Part shown: in pieces, positions 37,369 to 49,199 of the stretch
How the letters are laid out: every line of letters starts with the position of its first letter
Numbering within the stretch: the first letter of the stretch is position 1
NCBI GenBank assembly: GCA_030704615.1
Contig: CM060732.1
Location: 49,910,001 to 49,974,000 of the forward strand
Source of the DNA: Takakia lepidozioides
Lineage: Eukaryota; Plantae; Bryophyta
DNA length: 64,000 bases
Reading direction: 5' to 3'
Notes under the pieces: generated by a model
Databases searched by the model: none
Told to the model about the DNA's origin: nothing
What the model saw: the letters and a program-made list of their open reading frames with translations, nothing else
Program-made: the position numbers and the translations under genes

Positions 37369-37999
37369 TGTCAAGGACGAGAACATGACTGAATACAAAC
37401 AAGAGATCAGACTAGAGGTACAAGACTAGACAAGAAGTCAAGGTCGGCGTGGCCGTATGCACGATGAGTAAATATGAATCAAGACGATCTTTATAACAAT
37501 GAACAAGAGTACAAGATATTGGAACACGACTTGAATACTGGAATGCTGGAAACTGGACTGGAGTACCAGATACTGGAAACTGGGCTAGAGTACTGGGAAC
37601 TGGAAACAAGAGTAGCTTGAACTGATGTTGACGAGACTGAAGAGTGTCCAGTCTCGCCTCCTATATATACTGGCTACTAAGAAGCTTCCCTAAGAAACTT
37701 CCCCTTATGGAGGTTTCTTGTTAGAGAAGTTTCCAAGATTAAACAAAGGTTTCTTGATGGAGAAACTTCCTTAAACAAATGAGGTATCTTGATGGAGAAG
37801 TTTCCTCCAAATGAAGCTTCCTGAGCAGTTTCCCAAGTTACTCTTGGTAATTTGGTAAACTCCTGGTAACTTGGTAAGTAATGATAAATCATGGTAAGTC
37901 ACGGTAAGTCATGGTAACTTCCGATAACATGATAACTTGGTAACTTGGTAACTTCTAGTATTTACTCCTGGTAAGTTCCTCTGGGCTACCTCCGTGACA
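37369..37999 (-). repeat. 5' LTR of the chromovirus
   Basis: Direct repeat of 31647-32235 with indels. TATA at about 37662-37669 on the minus strand. Confidence 0.95.
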
Positions 38000-38273
38000 A
38001 GTGGTATAAAATCACTGATGTGACTTTAATCACTCATGGTTTACCATTGCTCCATTCCACGTGGAATATTATATTTATTAACAAGAATATATAAATAATA
38101 AATAATAAATAATAAATAATAAATACAATATTACACGTGGAGTAGTAAGTGGTTCCAACCACTCCATCTGATGCCACCGTGATAATTCATCTGGATTAAC
38201 CACTTCTTAGTGGTTATCAATACTATGAGTGGTTCATAAAGTGGTAACAAACATGAGTGGTGAGATATTATTC

Positions 38274-38291
38274 CGCGTTTTTCTACTAGTG
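38274..38291 (-). mobile_element. CACTA-type terminal inverted repeat (right end of a non-autonomous element hit by the chromovirus)
   Basis: Minus strand reads CACTAGTAGAAAAACGCG. ACCACT/AGTGGT subterminal motifs lie on both sides of the LTR element. The left TIR was not clearly found. Confidence 0.5.
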
Positions 38292-38379
38292 TGTACTAGA
38301 ACTGATAAAGATAAACATATATACTGCATATGGCATAGGTTCAGTTCTGTTCACCTTAGCTGGCTTGTTGTCAGCACTG

Positions 38380-39470
38380 TCAATCTTCATTTTTGCCAGC
38401 AGTGTTCTGTACTCGACCAAAATCCTCTTTAGTTGGCTCAATGATGGAAACCCACCGTGTTTTCACATTCTTCAGCATTGTTAAACCCTCTGTTTTTATC
38501 ATGTTTGTAAGTTTAGTGAACTCCAAATGTCTCTTGGGACTGTGGGCAAAGTAAGCATGGCTGGTTTGAAGCAAAGTTTCAATGCTGCTGACTATTCCCA
38601 ATTGAGATAACTTGTCTTGAAGGCCACATTGCATCTATGAATGCAATGGACTCCCATACATAATGGAGCATGTTTAGAAATGATCTGCTTGGTAAACCCA
38701 TTTCTCACTGAAATGTAATCATCCCATCAACCCCAAAACACAACAATTTCTGAGCTATACCATTATCTGAGAGTCCTCCATATTTTGTCAAAACATCCAT
38801 GATAACAACTATCAAATTATCAGCCCCTGACCCATCCACAATTTTTTGAAGGATCATCATAGGAACTCTTGCCCAGTTTTGCATAATGTAGGCATGTACG
38901 CTGATCGAAGAGTCATTATCCATAGATGTCACATCATCACATGTTAGTGCTACATAATCTAACAGACTTCACACATTACAGCACAACATCTTTAACTTCG
39001 CTTTACATAAACTCAGCCATAATCCACCCTGATGTGTTACTCCAGTGCACCTTTGGATTGTTGTAGACCTCAAGGAACACAAACAAACTCTGCATTCTCT
39101 CATACTCAGTCATTTGACGTCCACCATAAAGCACATGGAGTTTGGTATCAAATTGAACCCTCTTTTCTATCCCTCTCAACTTGGTTTGGCACAATTATCT
39201 GCTCCAATACAGTGGTAGGGAGCACGGGAATAGTACAAAGCATCATCATTTTTGTGCTTGCAATCAACATTATAGTAGCACTCCCCTTTCTTTACCTTGT
39301 ATTGGGCATATCTCTCTCTGCCCTCATTTCCTCCTCATGCTTGATTAGGGTGTCCCATTTGGGGGCCATGACTTTGGGAGACCAGTTGATCGTGGTGCAC
39401 ACTTGTAACTTTGCACACTTGTAAGATGCAGACTGCCATCTGTTGTAAGCTCTCCCTCAGCCCCAGCGCA
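38380..39470 (-). pseudogene. hAT-superfamily (ZNF862-like) transposase remnant
   Basis: Fragments HWSNTSGW, DGSGADNL..KLLCFGVDG and YFAHSPKRH..KNVKTRW. Interrupted at 39471. Confidence 0.7.
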
Positions 39471-40590
39471 GCTACGATGCGAGTCTAGCCCTGTCAGCTT
39501 TTGAGCTAGGCTCACGCTTCCTCATTAGCGCGTGAGCCTAGGCTCATATTTTGTAAGTGTGACCGTAGGGTGGTGTTGCAAAGATAGATGATCTATACCC
39601 GAGGTCAGGCGGAAGTAGACCTAATACCGCGGGAAATCAGATATTTGTCTGCTATTTCTTAGACTAACGATGAGGAGCAACACCACAATCGTTGACGATC
39701 GTTTAAAAATAAATAAAAATAAATGCATATTATTTCTTGTACAAACGATGAGGGGCAAAACCACAATCGTTGACAATCATATTTTTAAATTTTTTATTTT
39801 TTATTTTTTGTGTCTACTTTTTCTTGCGATAACTGAGTGGTTCCAAAGTGGCAGCGTTCTCATTATGGTTCTTTTAGGTCAACTCATAAAGAGGGACAGT
39901 CCTTAGTATCATCCACATTCTGAAACATGTCTAGGACTTCATGAGGCCAAATTCACAAATGGACGTATATAAGGCATATATATATATAGGCTTTAGCTAC
40001 ACGAATGGCTGTATATAAGGCTATAAAAATATATATATATGACGCCTCCCGAAGGAAGCGTAACTTATGGAGTCACTTCACCCGAAAGGACTACTGCCTT
40101 CCGCTAGGAAGGTGGGCACCTTCATGACACACCAGACCGTGGTTTGAACCCACAACCACATCCAACGTGGTATGTGCCCATTACCATTGGGCTACATGCT
40201 GGTTGTCTATAAGGCTATATATATATAGCCTTAGCTACATGAGGCCAAATCCACGATCGTTAACGATTGAAACAAATGGACGTATATAAGGCGAAAAAAA
40301 AAAAAAAAAAAAAAAAAACGATTACAGTATTTGCAAGTGCTGGAAACCACAATCGTTGATGACATTGGTAGCACTACCTTATGGAGAGCTGTGTTTTGTT
40401 CATATTTTTGTGCATTGTTACTGGATAAAATGAAGGGTTCTTTGTCATAATATGCAGTACATGTCCGCGCAAATGGGTGTTTTTTCGCGGTAATAGGTGG
40501 CAGTCTGCGGTTATGGGCCCAAGAAATCATGTGTCAAAACGTAAGCCTGCCCAGGCTCATAGGCTCACGGGGCTAGACTCACGTTCTAGC
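39471..40590. mobile_element. Non-autonomous TIR element inserted in the hAT remnant
   Basis: GCTACGATGCGAGTCTAGCCCTGTCAGCTT compared with the reverse complement of 40561-40590 (GCTAGAACGTGAGTCTAGCCCCGTGAGCCT) matches at about 23/30 positions. GGCTCA/TGAGCC subterminal motifs. Confidence 0.6.
40026..40207 (-). mobile_element. tRNA-derived SINE
   Basis: A box TAGCCCAATGG (40184-40194), B box GGTTCAAACC (40141-40150), AT-rich tail, and TSD TATAAGGCTATA at 40014-40025 and 40208-40219. Confidence 0.8.
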
Positions 40591-41199
40591 ATTCCTCATC
40601 TCAGATGGCTGCCCACTTCAACTGAAGCTTTTTTGGTCAAATCATAGTTAGGTTTGAACTGCTTCAAATGCACAACTTCCTACAACTCATCATCTTTCTC
40701 ACTATCTTGTGTGTCAGATCTCCTGCACTGCAGGTCCAAAATTCATGAGACCAAGCCGGCGCACCCCTCCCCATTGAGGGATTTCCAATGGTACCACCAC
40801 AATTTCATGTGTAGTTTGAGATGAATCTGACACTAATATCACTGGTGGGAATTGATGATTGAGAGTGGGTACCATATTGTGGGTGAGCCAAAACCTGCCC
40901 ATTCAGGGGGAGACTACTCGAAGAATCTGAAGGGGAATGCTAATTTGTGAGCCGCGTACGTGAGTGAAAAATTCCGTGAGCAGAATTCTGCTCATGGCAA
41001 GGGGACGTGGACCGCATGGGGGCCTATAACCACGGACAACAAATGTACAGAAGGCCTATTACTGCGGGTAGGAGATGTGAAAATGCGGGCAGTAATCCAT
41101 ATTTTTGTGAAAACAACAAGTCCACAAATGAGACGATTATCCTCTCAAATCATCATTTTTGCTCTGATTTTCTGAGGGTTTTTTTTTTTAAACTTTTTA

Positions 41200-42040
41200 T
41201 TTGGCATTTGGGTAGATGTGTTGATGATCGTCGACGATCATCACTTCAACTCTGATTTCTGGTTTTTACTTATTTTTTATTTTTTATATATTTGGCATTT
41301 GGATAGATGTCGTGATGATCGTCGCCGATCATCATTTCTGCTCTCTGATTTATGAGTTTTGTTTTTTTTTTGCATTTGGCTTTTGGCTTTTGGGTAGATG
41401 TCGTGATGATTGTGATTTATGAGATTTTTTTTGTTTTTGTTTTTGTTTGCATTTGGCATTTGGCTTTTGGGTAGATGTCGTGATGACCGTCGACGATCAT
41501 CAATTCTGCTTTGATTTCTGAGTTTTCTTTTTTTCTTTTTTTCGGATAGATGTGGTATTGATCGTCCACGATCATCACTTTTGCTCTGATTTCTGAGTAT
41601 TTTTTATTTATTTTTTGCATTTCGCATTTGGATATATGTCGTGATGATCGTCGACGATGATCACTTCTGATCTGATTTATGAGGGTTATTTTTATTTTTT
41701 TTTGTCACTTGGCCTTTTGATAGAATGTCGTGAGAATCATTGACGACCATCATTTTTTTTTTTTTGGCATTTGGGTAGATGTCATAATGATCATCACTTT
41801 AATTGTGATATATATATATATATATATATTGGTGCACTTCGTCTTTGGGTAGATGTCGATGATCGTCTACTCTGATTTCTTAAGTTTTGTTTTGTTTTTT
41901 TTGTTTTTTTTTCTCCGTTTGCATTTGCATTTGACATTTGGGTAGATGTCGTGATGATCCTCGATGTTTATCACTTTTGCTCTGATTCATGAGTTTTTTT
42001 TGCATTTGGGTAGATGTCATGATCGTCAACAATCACAACT
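41200..42040. repeat. Tandem array (about 11 units, 70-90 bp) built around the palindrome TGATGATCGTCGACGATCATCA
   Basis: Unit TTGGCATTTGGGTAGATGTCGTGATGATCGTCGACGATCATCACTTTTGCTCTGATTT followed by T-tracts. Confidence 0.88.
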
Positions 42041-42753
42041 TCTAATTTCTTGTAGCGGAGGGAGGTACTCTTCAATCGAATGGAATATTTTGAATAAAGG
42101 ACTCTAAAGGATAATATGCACTAGAGGCTTCACCCACTCTTTCAAGTTTCATCTCAAAATACCAAGTATATTGAAAGTTAAGGATTTTCTTAAAAGTCCT
42201 TAGTAAAATGTCTCAGTCCATAATCTGATGATTATGTACTTTGTTCTTGGTCAATTTTCAATGCCACTATGAAAAATGACTCACATTATGATCACCCCCT
42301 ATTTAAGGAATCTAGAATGCCTTATCTTACACTAAAATATGTAATCATAAAATGTTAGGGACTTTTGAAGAGCATAAAAATTAGTTATTTTTGTATTAAG
42401 CTTTACTACATGAAAAACATAGATTTACAAGAACTGGCTTCACAAAAAACACGCATTTCCCATAGGTTGAGGGCATAGATAAATTAGATTTGAGAATTTC
42501 ATTATTTTTAATTTCTAGGTTTCGTTGTAGGATGACGTCAACTGAGATAGTCCAAACGACCCTATGTGGCCGTTTTTCCACACGTGACATCCCGAACGGT
42601 CACTTTCCGGTGCCAGACAGACCCGTTAGTATCGAGTTTTGTAGGATAAATATATTAGAGCACACGTGGCATGAGGGCAGTGGCCCAATTATTCCCGTGG
42701 ATATTTGTCATGTGCGGGCAATTCCGCTTGTTGTCCTCCTGTTTTGTGCATGA

Positions 42754-43531
42754 GCTTTTCTCTCAAGTGTTGAGTATCGTGTTTTCTACTTACAGTGTAC
42801 ACTGCCACTTCTCTTCAGCCTCCAGGAAGTTTCTTGCCACAAATGCCACATATTCCTCAAGCTCTTGCGGGACATAACCTGTTTGAAACACAAATATTAG
42901 AATGCGCGACCCACCATTATGGTCTACACAATGTACAGATTGAGGGTTGGACATATCGACACAGTAAACACCACACTATGCAACTTCAACTTTCATGAAA
43001 TCAAACCCGAATTTATGGTATTGCAGGAAGCTTTCTGGGCGGAAGCTCAACATCCTTTGACATTTCAGCTTCCAAGTCCTGAGTTTCACTTGCACTTAGA
43101 ATGGACAGAGCACCACTCAAAGCTCTACGTCTTCACTGCATACACTGCTTTTCTCTCAAGTGTTGAGTGTCGTGTTTTCTACTTACAGTGTACACTGCCA
43201 CTTCTCTTCAGCCTCCAGGAAGTTTCTTGCCACAATGCCACATATTCCTCAAGCTCTTGCGGGACATAACCTGTTTGAAACACAAATATTAGAATGCGCG
43301 ACCCACCATTATGGTCTACACAATGCATAGATTGAGGGTTGGACATATCGACACAGTAAACACCACACTATGCAACTTCAACTTTCATGAAATCAAACCC
43401 GAATTTATGGTATTGCAGGAAGCCTTCTGGGCGGAAGCTCAACATCCTTTGACATTTCAGCTTCCAAGTCCTGAGTTTCACTTGCACTTAGAATGGACAG
43501 AGCACCACTCAAAGCTCTACGTCTTCACTGC
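42754..43531. repeat. Tandem duplication, 2 x about 392 bp
   Basis: ORFs at 42919 and 43311 are near-identical and offset by 392 bp. Confidence 0.92.
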
Positions 43532-43860
43532 TCATTGTTTGTCCATTCACCGTACATGGCCCAGTTCAATTTTTTCTGAAGCACCTCCTCACAAACGATG
43601 TCTCTTGCCATCCCCAATGAAATCTGCCGAGATGCAGGGACGCACTCCTGTTGGTGCACGATCCTCCACAAGTTTTCTATCTTTGCAATCAAAGTAGGGT
43701 CATTCTTGTGCCTGTAACTATGCCCATTCTTGTTTATAACTGGACCAAATAACTTCTCTACAACTTTATGAGTGGGGTCTCTAGGAATACGTATTCATTT
43801 GGGGTTTAAGCCTTCAGCGTAGAGCCCATACTTCTCTACAAAATCTTTCCTAGACAAGGG
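43530..43860 (-). pseudogene. Degenerate TE accessory protein ('NWA'-motif family)
   Basis: Manual minus-strand translation: YGLYAEGLNPK*..KLFGPVINKNGHSYRHKNDPTLIAKIENLWRIVHQQECVPASRQISLGMARDIVCEEVLQKKLNWAMYGEWTN. Resembles 52294-52542. Confidence 0.5.
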
Positions 43861-45189
43861 CCCCTCCTAGATCGGGAGCAGTCCCGTATAGTGGCAGTAC
43901 AAAACCAAGCTGCAGACTAGGGTGAAAGTCACCCTCTATTTTGACCTTCCGTACTCAATTCTCGGGGAATCCTCTCCCTATATAGTTTAGGGAATCATGT
44001 CTGATATAGAGGTATTTTCTATGAGGGTATTATTTTTCTTTTTTCTTTTTTCATCCACCATATAACTATTTAATTCTGTAATATGCACAATTACTGGCAT
44101 GCTATTTTTTAATTCAATTATAATCATAAAATATTTGACACCCTATAATAACATTGAAAATAGAACAAAATTTTCTTACAGTGTCAGATATTTTATCATT
44201 TATTTGATGCATGCTCATTGAGAGTTTCAACAGCATCAACATCATTCACGGTATAAACATTCTGAACTTTGTCATATGTGAACTGATAAAAGTGAAAAGA
44301 AAACAAAATGAGAAGAAAACAATGTAACTCTAAACCAAAACGTATCTTCTATAAACGAGGTCTCCTCATCCAAGCCGAGTCTAAGTCCCGTCATCCAAGT
44401 CCAACCCAGTGGTTTATGAAGTCATAATACTAATATACCATAGAATCAATGACCCTTTAAATGTGGTATCCACAAAATAAGGACACCCATTTTTATTTCT
44501 AAAAATATTGTAAATTGTACCTTCAAAAATATATGTACCCTATATTTGTTTGCACGCCGTTTGGAAAAAAAATGGAAGTGACTTCCCTGGGACTCGATTA
44601 CATCTCTAGATAAGATTTTTGTCCACTTGGAATTCTTCTTTCATAATCCCATATCTTCTGAAAATTTGCAGAGAGGTTTTCCCACTTGTCTTGACACTGT
44701 TATGTACTTCTCATTGTGTTCGAGACATGTATCTTCCACAACGGACCATATTTGTGCCGCGGTATGATGCAATGTCTTCGATCCAAATCCAGGACCATGC
44801 TTCACCCAATCTGTCACGCTTTGTTGCTTGCAAGACCATGACCTCGTTTACGGTCCATGGGGTACTTGCAGCCTAGAGTGTCCATAATGCGACACGATCA
44901 CGAGTGCATGAGATGTCCTAAGGCTGGCGTGAGTTCTGAAAAATAAGTTTTGGACCGTCGAATGAAGTCGATCTAGCCTAGTTATCATTCTTGACGTGAC
45001 GTGGCGCTGACACGTCCGCCGTCATGTCCGACGTGCGTCACGTCACGTCGAATCCGGACGTTTATCCATGTAATTTTTTTTATATTTGATTTTTACGATT
45101 TACTTCTACCCTTTGTAATGACATGACAGCCACGGTGTAAAACAGACGTGGCCAATTATTAATATTTATTAATTTTTTTAAAGAAAATA

Positions 45190-45415
45190 TATCCGCTTAT
45201 ATTGGCGGTCGTATATAATTTATTATTTTTAATAAAAGCGACCTCCCATATTGGCGGTCGCTTGTAATTTAATATTTTGTTAAATTAAGCGACCGCCCAT
45301 ATTGGCGGTCGCTTGTATTTTATTACATTTTAAAATAAGCGACCGCCTACATTGGCCATGTGGCGATCGCTCTTCTTGTTTTTATAAATATAGCGACCGC
45401 CATGCAGCGGTCGCG
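45190..45415. repeat. Left array of GCGACCGCC-N-GGCGGTCGC palindromes (about 5 units)
   Basis: Units at about 45193, 45236, 45287, 45337 and 45392, separated by A/T tracts. Confidence 0.9.
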
Positions 45416-46036
45416 TGTTTTTTTTTTTCTTAGAAATCCAGGGACCCGCCGTGTGGCGTTTTGTTTTTATTTTTAATCATAAAGCGGCATCTCGGCCAGC
45501 CACGTGGCGAGGTGCCACGGGTCAGGAAAAACGAAACAAATGGGATGGGGGGAGGTGGTTTTGAACCCTTGACCTCTTCCATGTGGGTGCGCGTGCGAGG
45601 TGCAACTGGCCAGTCGCGCCGCGCTGACACGTGGCGAGGCGCCACTGGCCTATCGCGCCTTCTCAAGCATAATGCCATTTTTTTATTTTTTTTGGGGAAG
45701 GAAGGGGATGGGGGGCGCCTATATAAACCATCCCCCCCTCTTTTTCTGATTACTTTTGCCCCTCTTGTGGTGCGGTTCCTTGGCATCCTGTAGTCCTTTC
45801 AGACTTCGTTGCTTGGCACTGCCAATGAGAGGTGCAAAGGTGATTATTTGGGGGCGGAGGTTTTCTATTGGTCAATCCCACACACTTGTTCACGGTACGA
45901 TCATCGTATCACCATTTTGCCGTTTCCGGATCTCCGGCGGCCTGGTTTTTTGCAAAATACTACGAAGACACCATCCACACGCGTTCATTGCCATTTTCTG
46001 AGGTTTTAGACCCTGTAGTGGGCAAAGATTTATACA

Positions 46037-47494
46037 ATGTCGGGGGTTGTGAATTCAAGTTCTGGGGCGGGATCGTCTGGGGGGCGGATGAAGAGAAAAC
46101 GTGCCCACGAGCGGGATAGCCAGGTCAACAAGCCAGACTACCCGGAACCGGATGCCTTGGATAGGGTGAAAGAAGTGGTAGCGGATTATTTCAAGGGTAG
46201 AGACATGATGAGGCTGGAGAGTGCTTATATTAGGCATAGATGGGAGGGGTTTCAAAATTTTCAGCAAAATATGTAGAGAAAAATGACAAACGTTTTGACG
46301 GGGGCTAAGTGGACGGCGGACAGGGACAAGCCGAAGTTCAATCGGTGGATCCAAAGCAGGGCGAAAGACGTCATGTGGAATTTGAGGCAGCTAATGAAAA
46401 CATAGAAGGGTAGAACAACCGAGGGTCGAGTGCCCTTCGCCGAAGCTGAGTTAATGCGGCATGTTGAGTATTGGGCTTGTTCGGCAAGTCAAAATTCACA
46501 TCCCCGGACTAGGGTTGTCCCTTGGAAGGCGGGGTCATCGGGCGGGGGAGGCACAACTGGTCTTTATTACCTGAACTCTACTGCGAAGGTGGTAGAGATT
46601 GGCCTTACAAAGAAAGAAGGTATGCCAAGGTCCGTCACTGTAGGATTGTTGGCGATTCTAGTATACTGGAGCGTTGGGAGCTAGCGGGAAAAAAACCCCA
46701 AGTCCAAAAATCCAGAAAAGACGTTGAGACAACATAACGACGAGTGTTTGGCAATGAAGTTCCAGCATCCGGGTGTTATCTCGTATTTTGCTGTGAATGC
46801 ACGTGAGGTAGAGGGTTACACTCGCTGGTGGAATGGGGGGACAATACGCGACATGATGAACCTTGACAGAAAATGGGGCAACGATTCGGACAACAGGGTA
46901 ATTTTGAAACAAAGGGAAACGGAAGCAGAGTTCCAGGAATGCGATCGCTTGCTTCGTTTCCGGAAAGTGCGCAGTAAACTTGCATGGGCACTGATGTGCA
47001 TCATGGATGTTGTCCACAAGAACGGTGTCATGCACAACAACTTGTCCCCCGACAACATCTTGTTGCATTTTCCATATGGCACCGAGGAGATCAAGATTAG
47101 GGTGTGTGATTGGGGCTTAGCCATCCCATTGGGCATACGCAAAGCCTCGCCATACCAGTTTGAAAACCAAGACAAGCTGGACCGGGAACTCGCGAAAAGA
47201 TGGTGGGTGGAAAAAGATATTGCATCGGTTTTCAATGCGAATGCCACCCCCCCCCAGGACATGACGTCGGAGGCCTTTGCCGTTGGAAAGATAGCGGTAC
47301 GAATAAATGGCGGCACTCATTATGATCAAAGTATGTTCCAGGACCAATTTACGGGAGGTTGTTGGCATTCAATGCTACAAAGGTTGTACGACAACAACAA
47401 GAATGAGAGAGTCACATTAGCCCATGTAGTACTTCGGTTCATGGGCAAGCCATTCAATTGGCCTGAGCTGAAAGACGTATATAGGACGGAGTAG
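46037..47494 (+). pseudogene. Intronless Ser/Thr-like protein kinase with N-terminal NLS, disrupted
   Basis: ATG at 46037 with MKRKR. In-frame TAG stops at about 46274 and 46402; frameshifts at about 46612 and 46725. Kinase subdomains: (G)YAKVRHCRI..ELAGKK, QHPGVI, WWNGGTI, HKNGVMHNNLSPDNILL (catalytic D replaced by N), VCDWGLA, SEAFAVG. Confidence 0.85.
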
Positions 47495-48184
47495 ACCATA
47501 GTCTCGTAGATATGAGATTTCTGGCAATACAATGGTTCTTTTATGAAGACATAACTCAATTTTGATTGTGCATGTAATAAATAAAGTCTCATTGTAAATA
47601 CTACATTGCATATGCTCGACCCTGGCACCTGTCATCGCAACATAAATGGTTTCTGTACTGGCTCACTGTTTATATTTGTAATGTTCCAAGGTTTCGGATA
47701 GGGTTATGAGAAAACGATGTATTAGTTCCGTAGGAGTTAGACAACAAACGTCTCCTCTCATTCAACTGTGCGACACTACCATGAGAGGCATGGATCGGAA
47801 ATTAATAGGTGCACATGCGACCTCCGAACGTTTGATACTAGATCTTTACTTAAACGTGCGGAGGTCGCATGTACATTTATTACTTTTTTATCCATGCTGG
47901 TAGTATCGCACAGATGAATGAGATATGGAACGTTTGTTGTCTAACTCATATGGATCCAATATATCATTTTCTCAGTACCCTGTCAGAAACATTGAAACAT
48001 TCGCAGTTACAAACAGTGCCACAATACACGGCCGGTTTTGTTGAAATGACATTTATGAGGTTCGAGCGTATGCAATTTATTATTTACAACGAAATTTTAT
48101 TTACTCGGGGGACCGGTACTGCTGTTGGAGCGCAACTGATGGTGCGAGTTCTCTATTGATTGGAGCTGCCACAACCAATGTCAA

Positions 48185-48540
48185 CAATCATATTTACGGT
48201 AAGGTGTTTCATGCTATTGTTGTTCCTCTAGCTGAATTCTGTAGTACTTTTTTTGCTATTCTCATGCCAACGTCATCTGAGACTGTCATGTTCAAACGGA
48301 CGTATCAGCCACCCCGGCCAGCTTGCAGGCTACAGCCATGGTCCACCATAAATTGAATGAATTGGAGATTTTGTGCGAAGTTCCTGGTTTCATATCCGTG
48401 GTGGCTGATACGGAATTCGGACTATGGCAGTTGCAGTGGACCTGATGTTGTTGGCATGAGAGTAGCAAAACGATTCCTAAATAATTCAGCTACATGAACA
48501 TCGGCAGTATGAAACACCTTGCAGTACATATGATTTTTGA
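48185..48540. repeat. Imperfect long inverted repeat (fold-back)
   Basis: 48185-48280 pairs with 48443-48540. Inner CGTATCAGCCACC (48301) pairs with GGTGGCTGATACG (about 48400-48412). Confidence 0.8.
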
Positions 48541-49199
48541 GATTGTTTGCACGGATTATTTGTGTTTGTGCTTTCAAGTGGCGAACATTTCCGCCATGGT
48601 GCGGAAGACGTGCATTGGCCACATTAAACGGTTGATGTGATACCATTTCACAAATGTATCACATCGCATTTGTGAAAATGTATCACATGAACCGTTCCAT
48701 GTGATCTACGGGAGTCTTCGATGGGTACGAGATCAATGTGGCCTACGAGATCTGCTTCCACCAACAAACATATGATCATTTCAGAAGCGCTAGAACTTTG
48801 AAGCGAAGATAGATAAGGTTCTTCATCTAGATGTTCAACATGCTGAGGTCTTCTGTAATGTCTCTTGCTTCGTAATGAGGTACTTCTCCAACTCTTATTT
48901 TTCAAATACTAATATCTTCCATCTGGAATATATCCACACATGCGTATATAACTTAAAAAAATAAATGACCATCAAAACTGGAAGCTGGGGATGAGGCTTA
49001 TAAAAGTTGAGATGGTCATTTGTTTTTAAGGATTTCTGCACACATATGTGGATCTGTTCCAAGTGGAGAATATTAACATATTGGATAAAGTGGACATGGA
49101 GAAGTACCACATTACGAGGCAGGAGACACTACAAAAAGAGCTTCAAATGGCATACCATGTAACAGGTCCCAGTATAATCAAAGACAAAACCCCATTCAT

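Larger units (their letters stand above)
31647..37999 (-). mobile_element. Full-length, decayed Ty3/Gypsy chromovirus (Tcn1-like)
   Basis: TG..CA LTRs at 31647-32235 and 37369-37999. TSD AGTGG at 31642-31646 and 38000-38004. PPT at about 32236-32250. Domain order gag-PR-RT-RH-INT-chromodomain. Confidence 0.96.

Noticed and set aside
40130-40207. tRNA gene
   Set aside because: It has A and B boxes but no convincing cloverleaf. A tail and TSD indicate a SINE.
41200-42040. Second CRISPR-like array
   Set aside because: Spacers are not unique; it is a degenerate tandem repeat.
44340-44620. Left TIR/TSD of the giant element matching about 59900-59960
   Set aside because: Only weak, patchy similarity. 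No convincing TIR pair or 8-bp TSD was found by eye.
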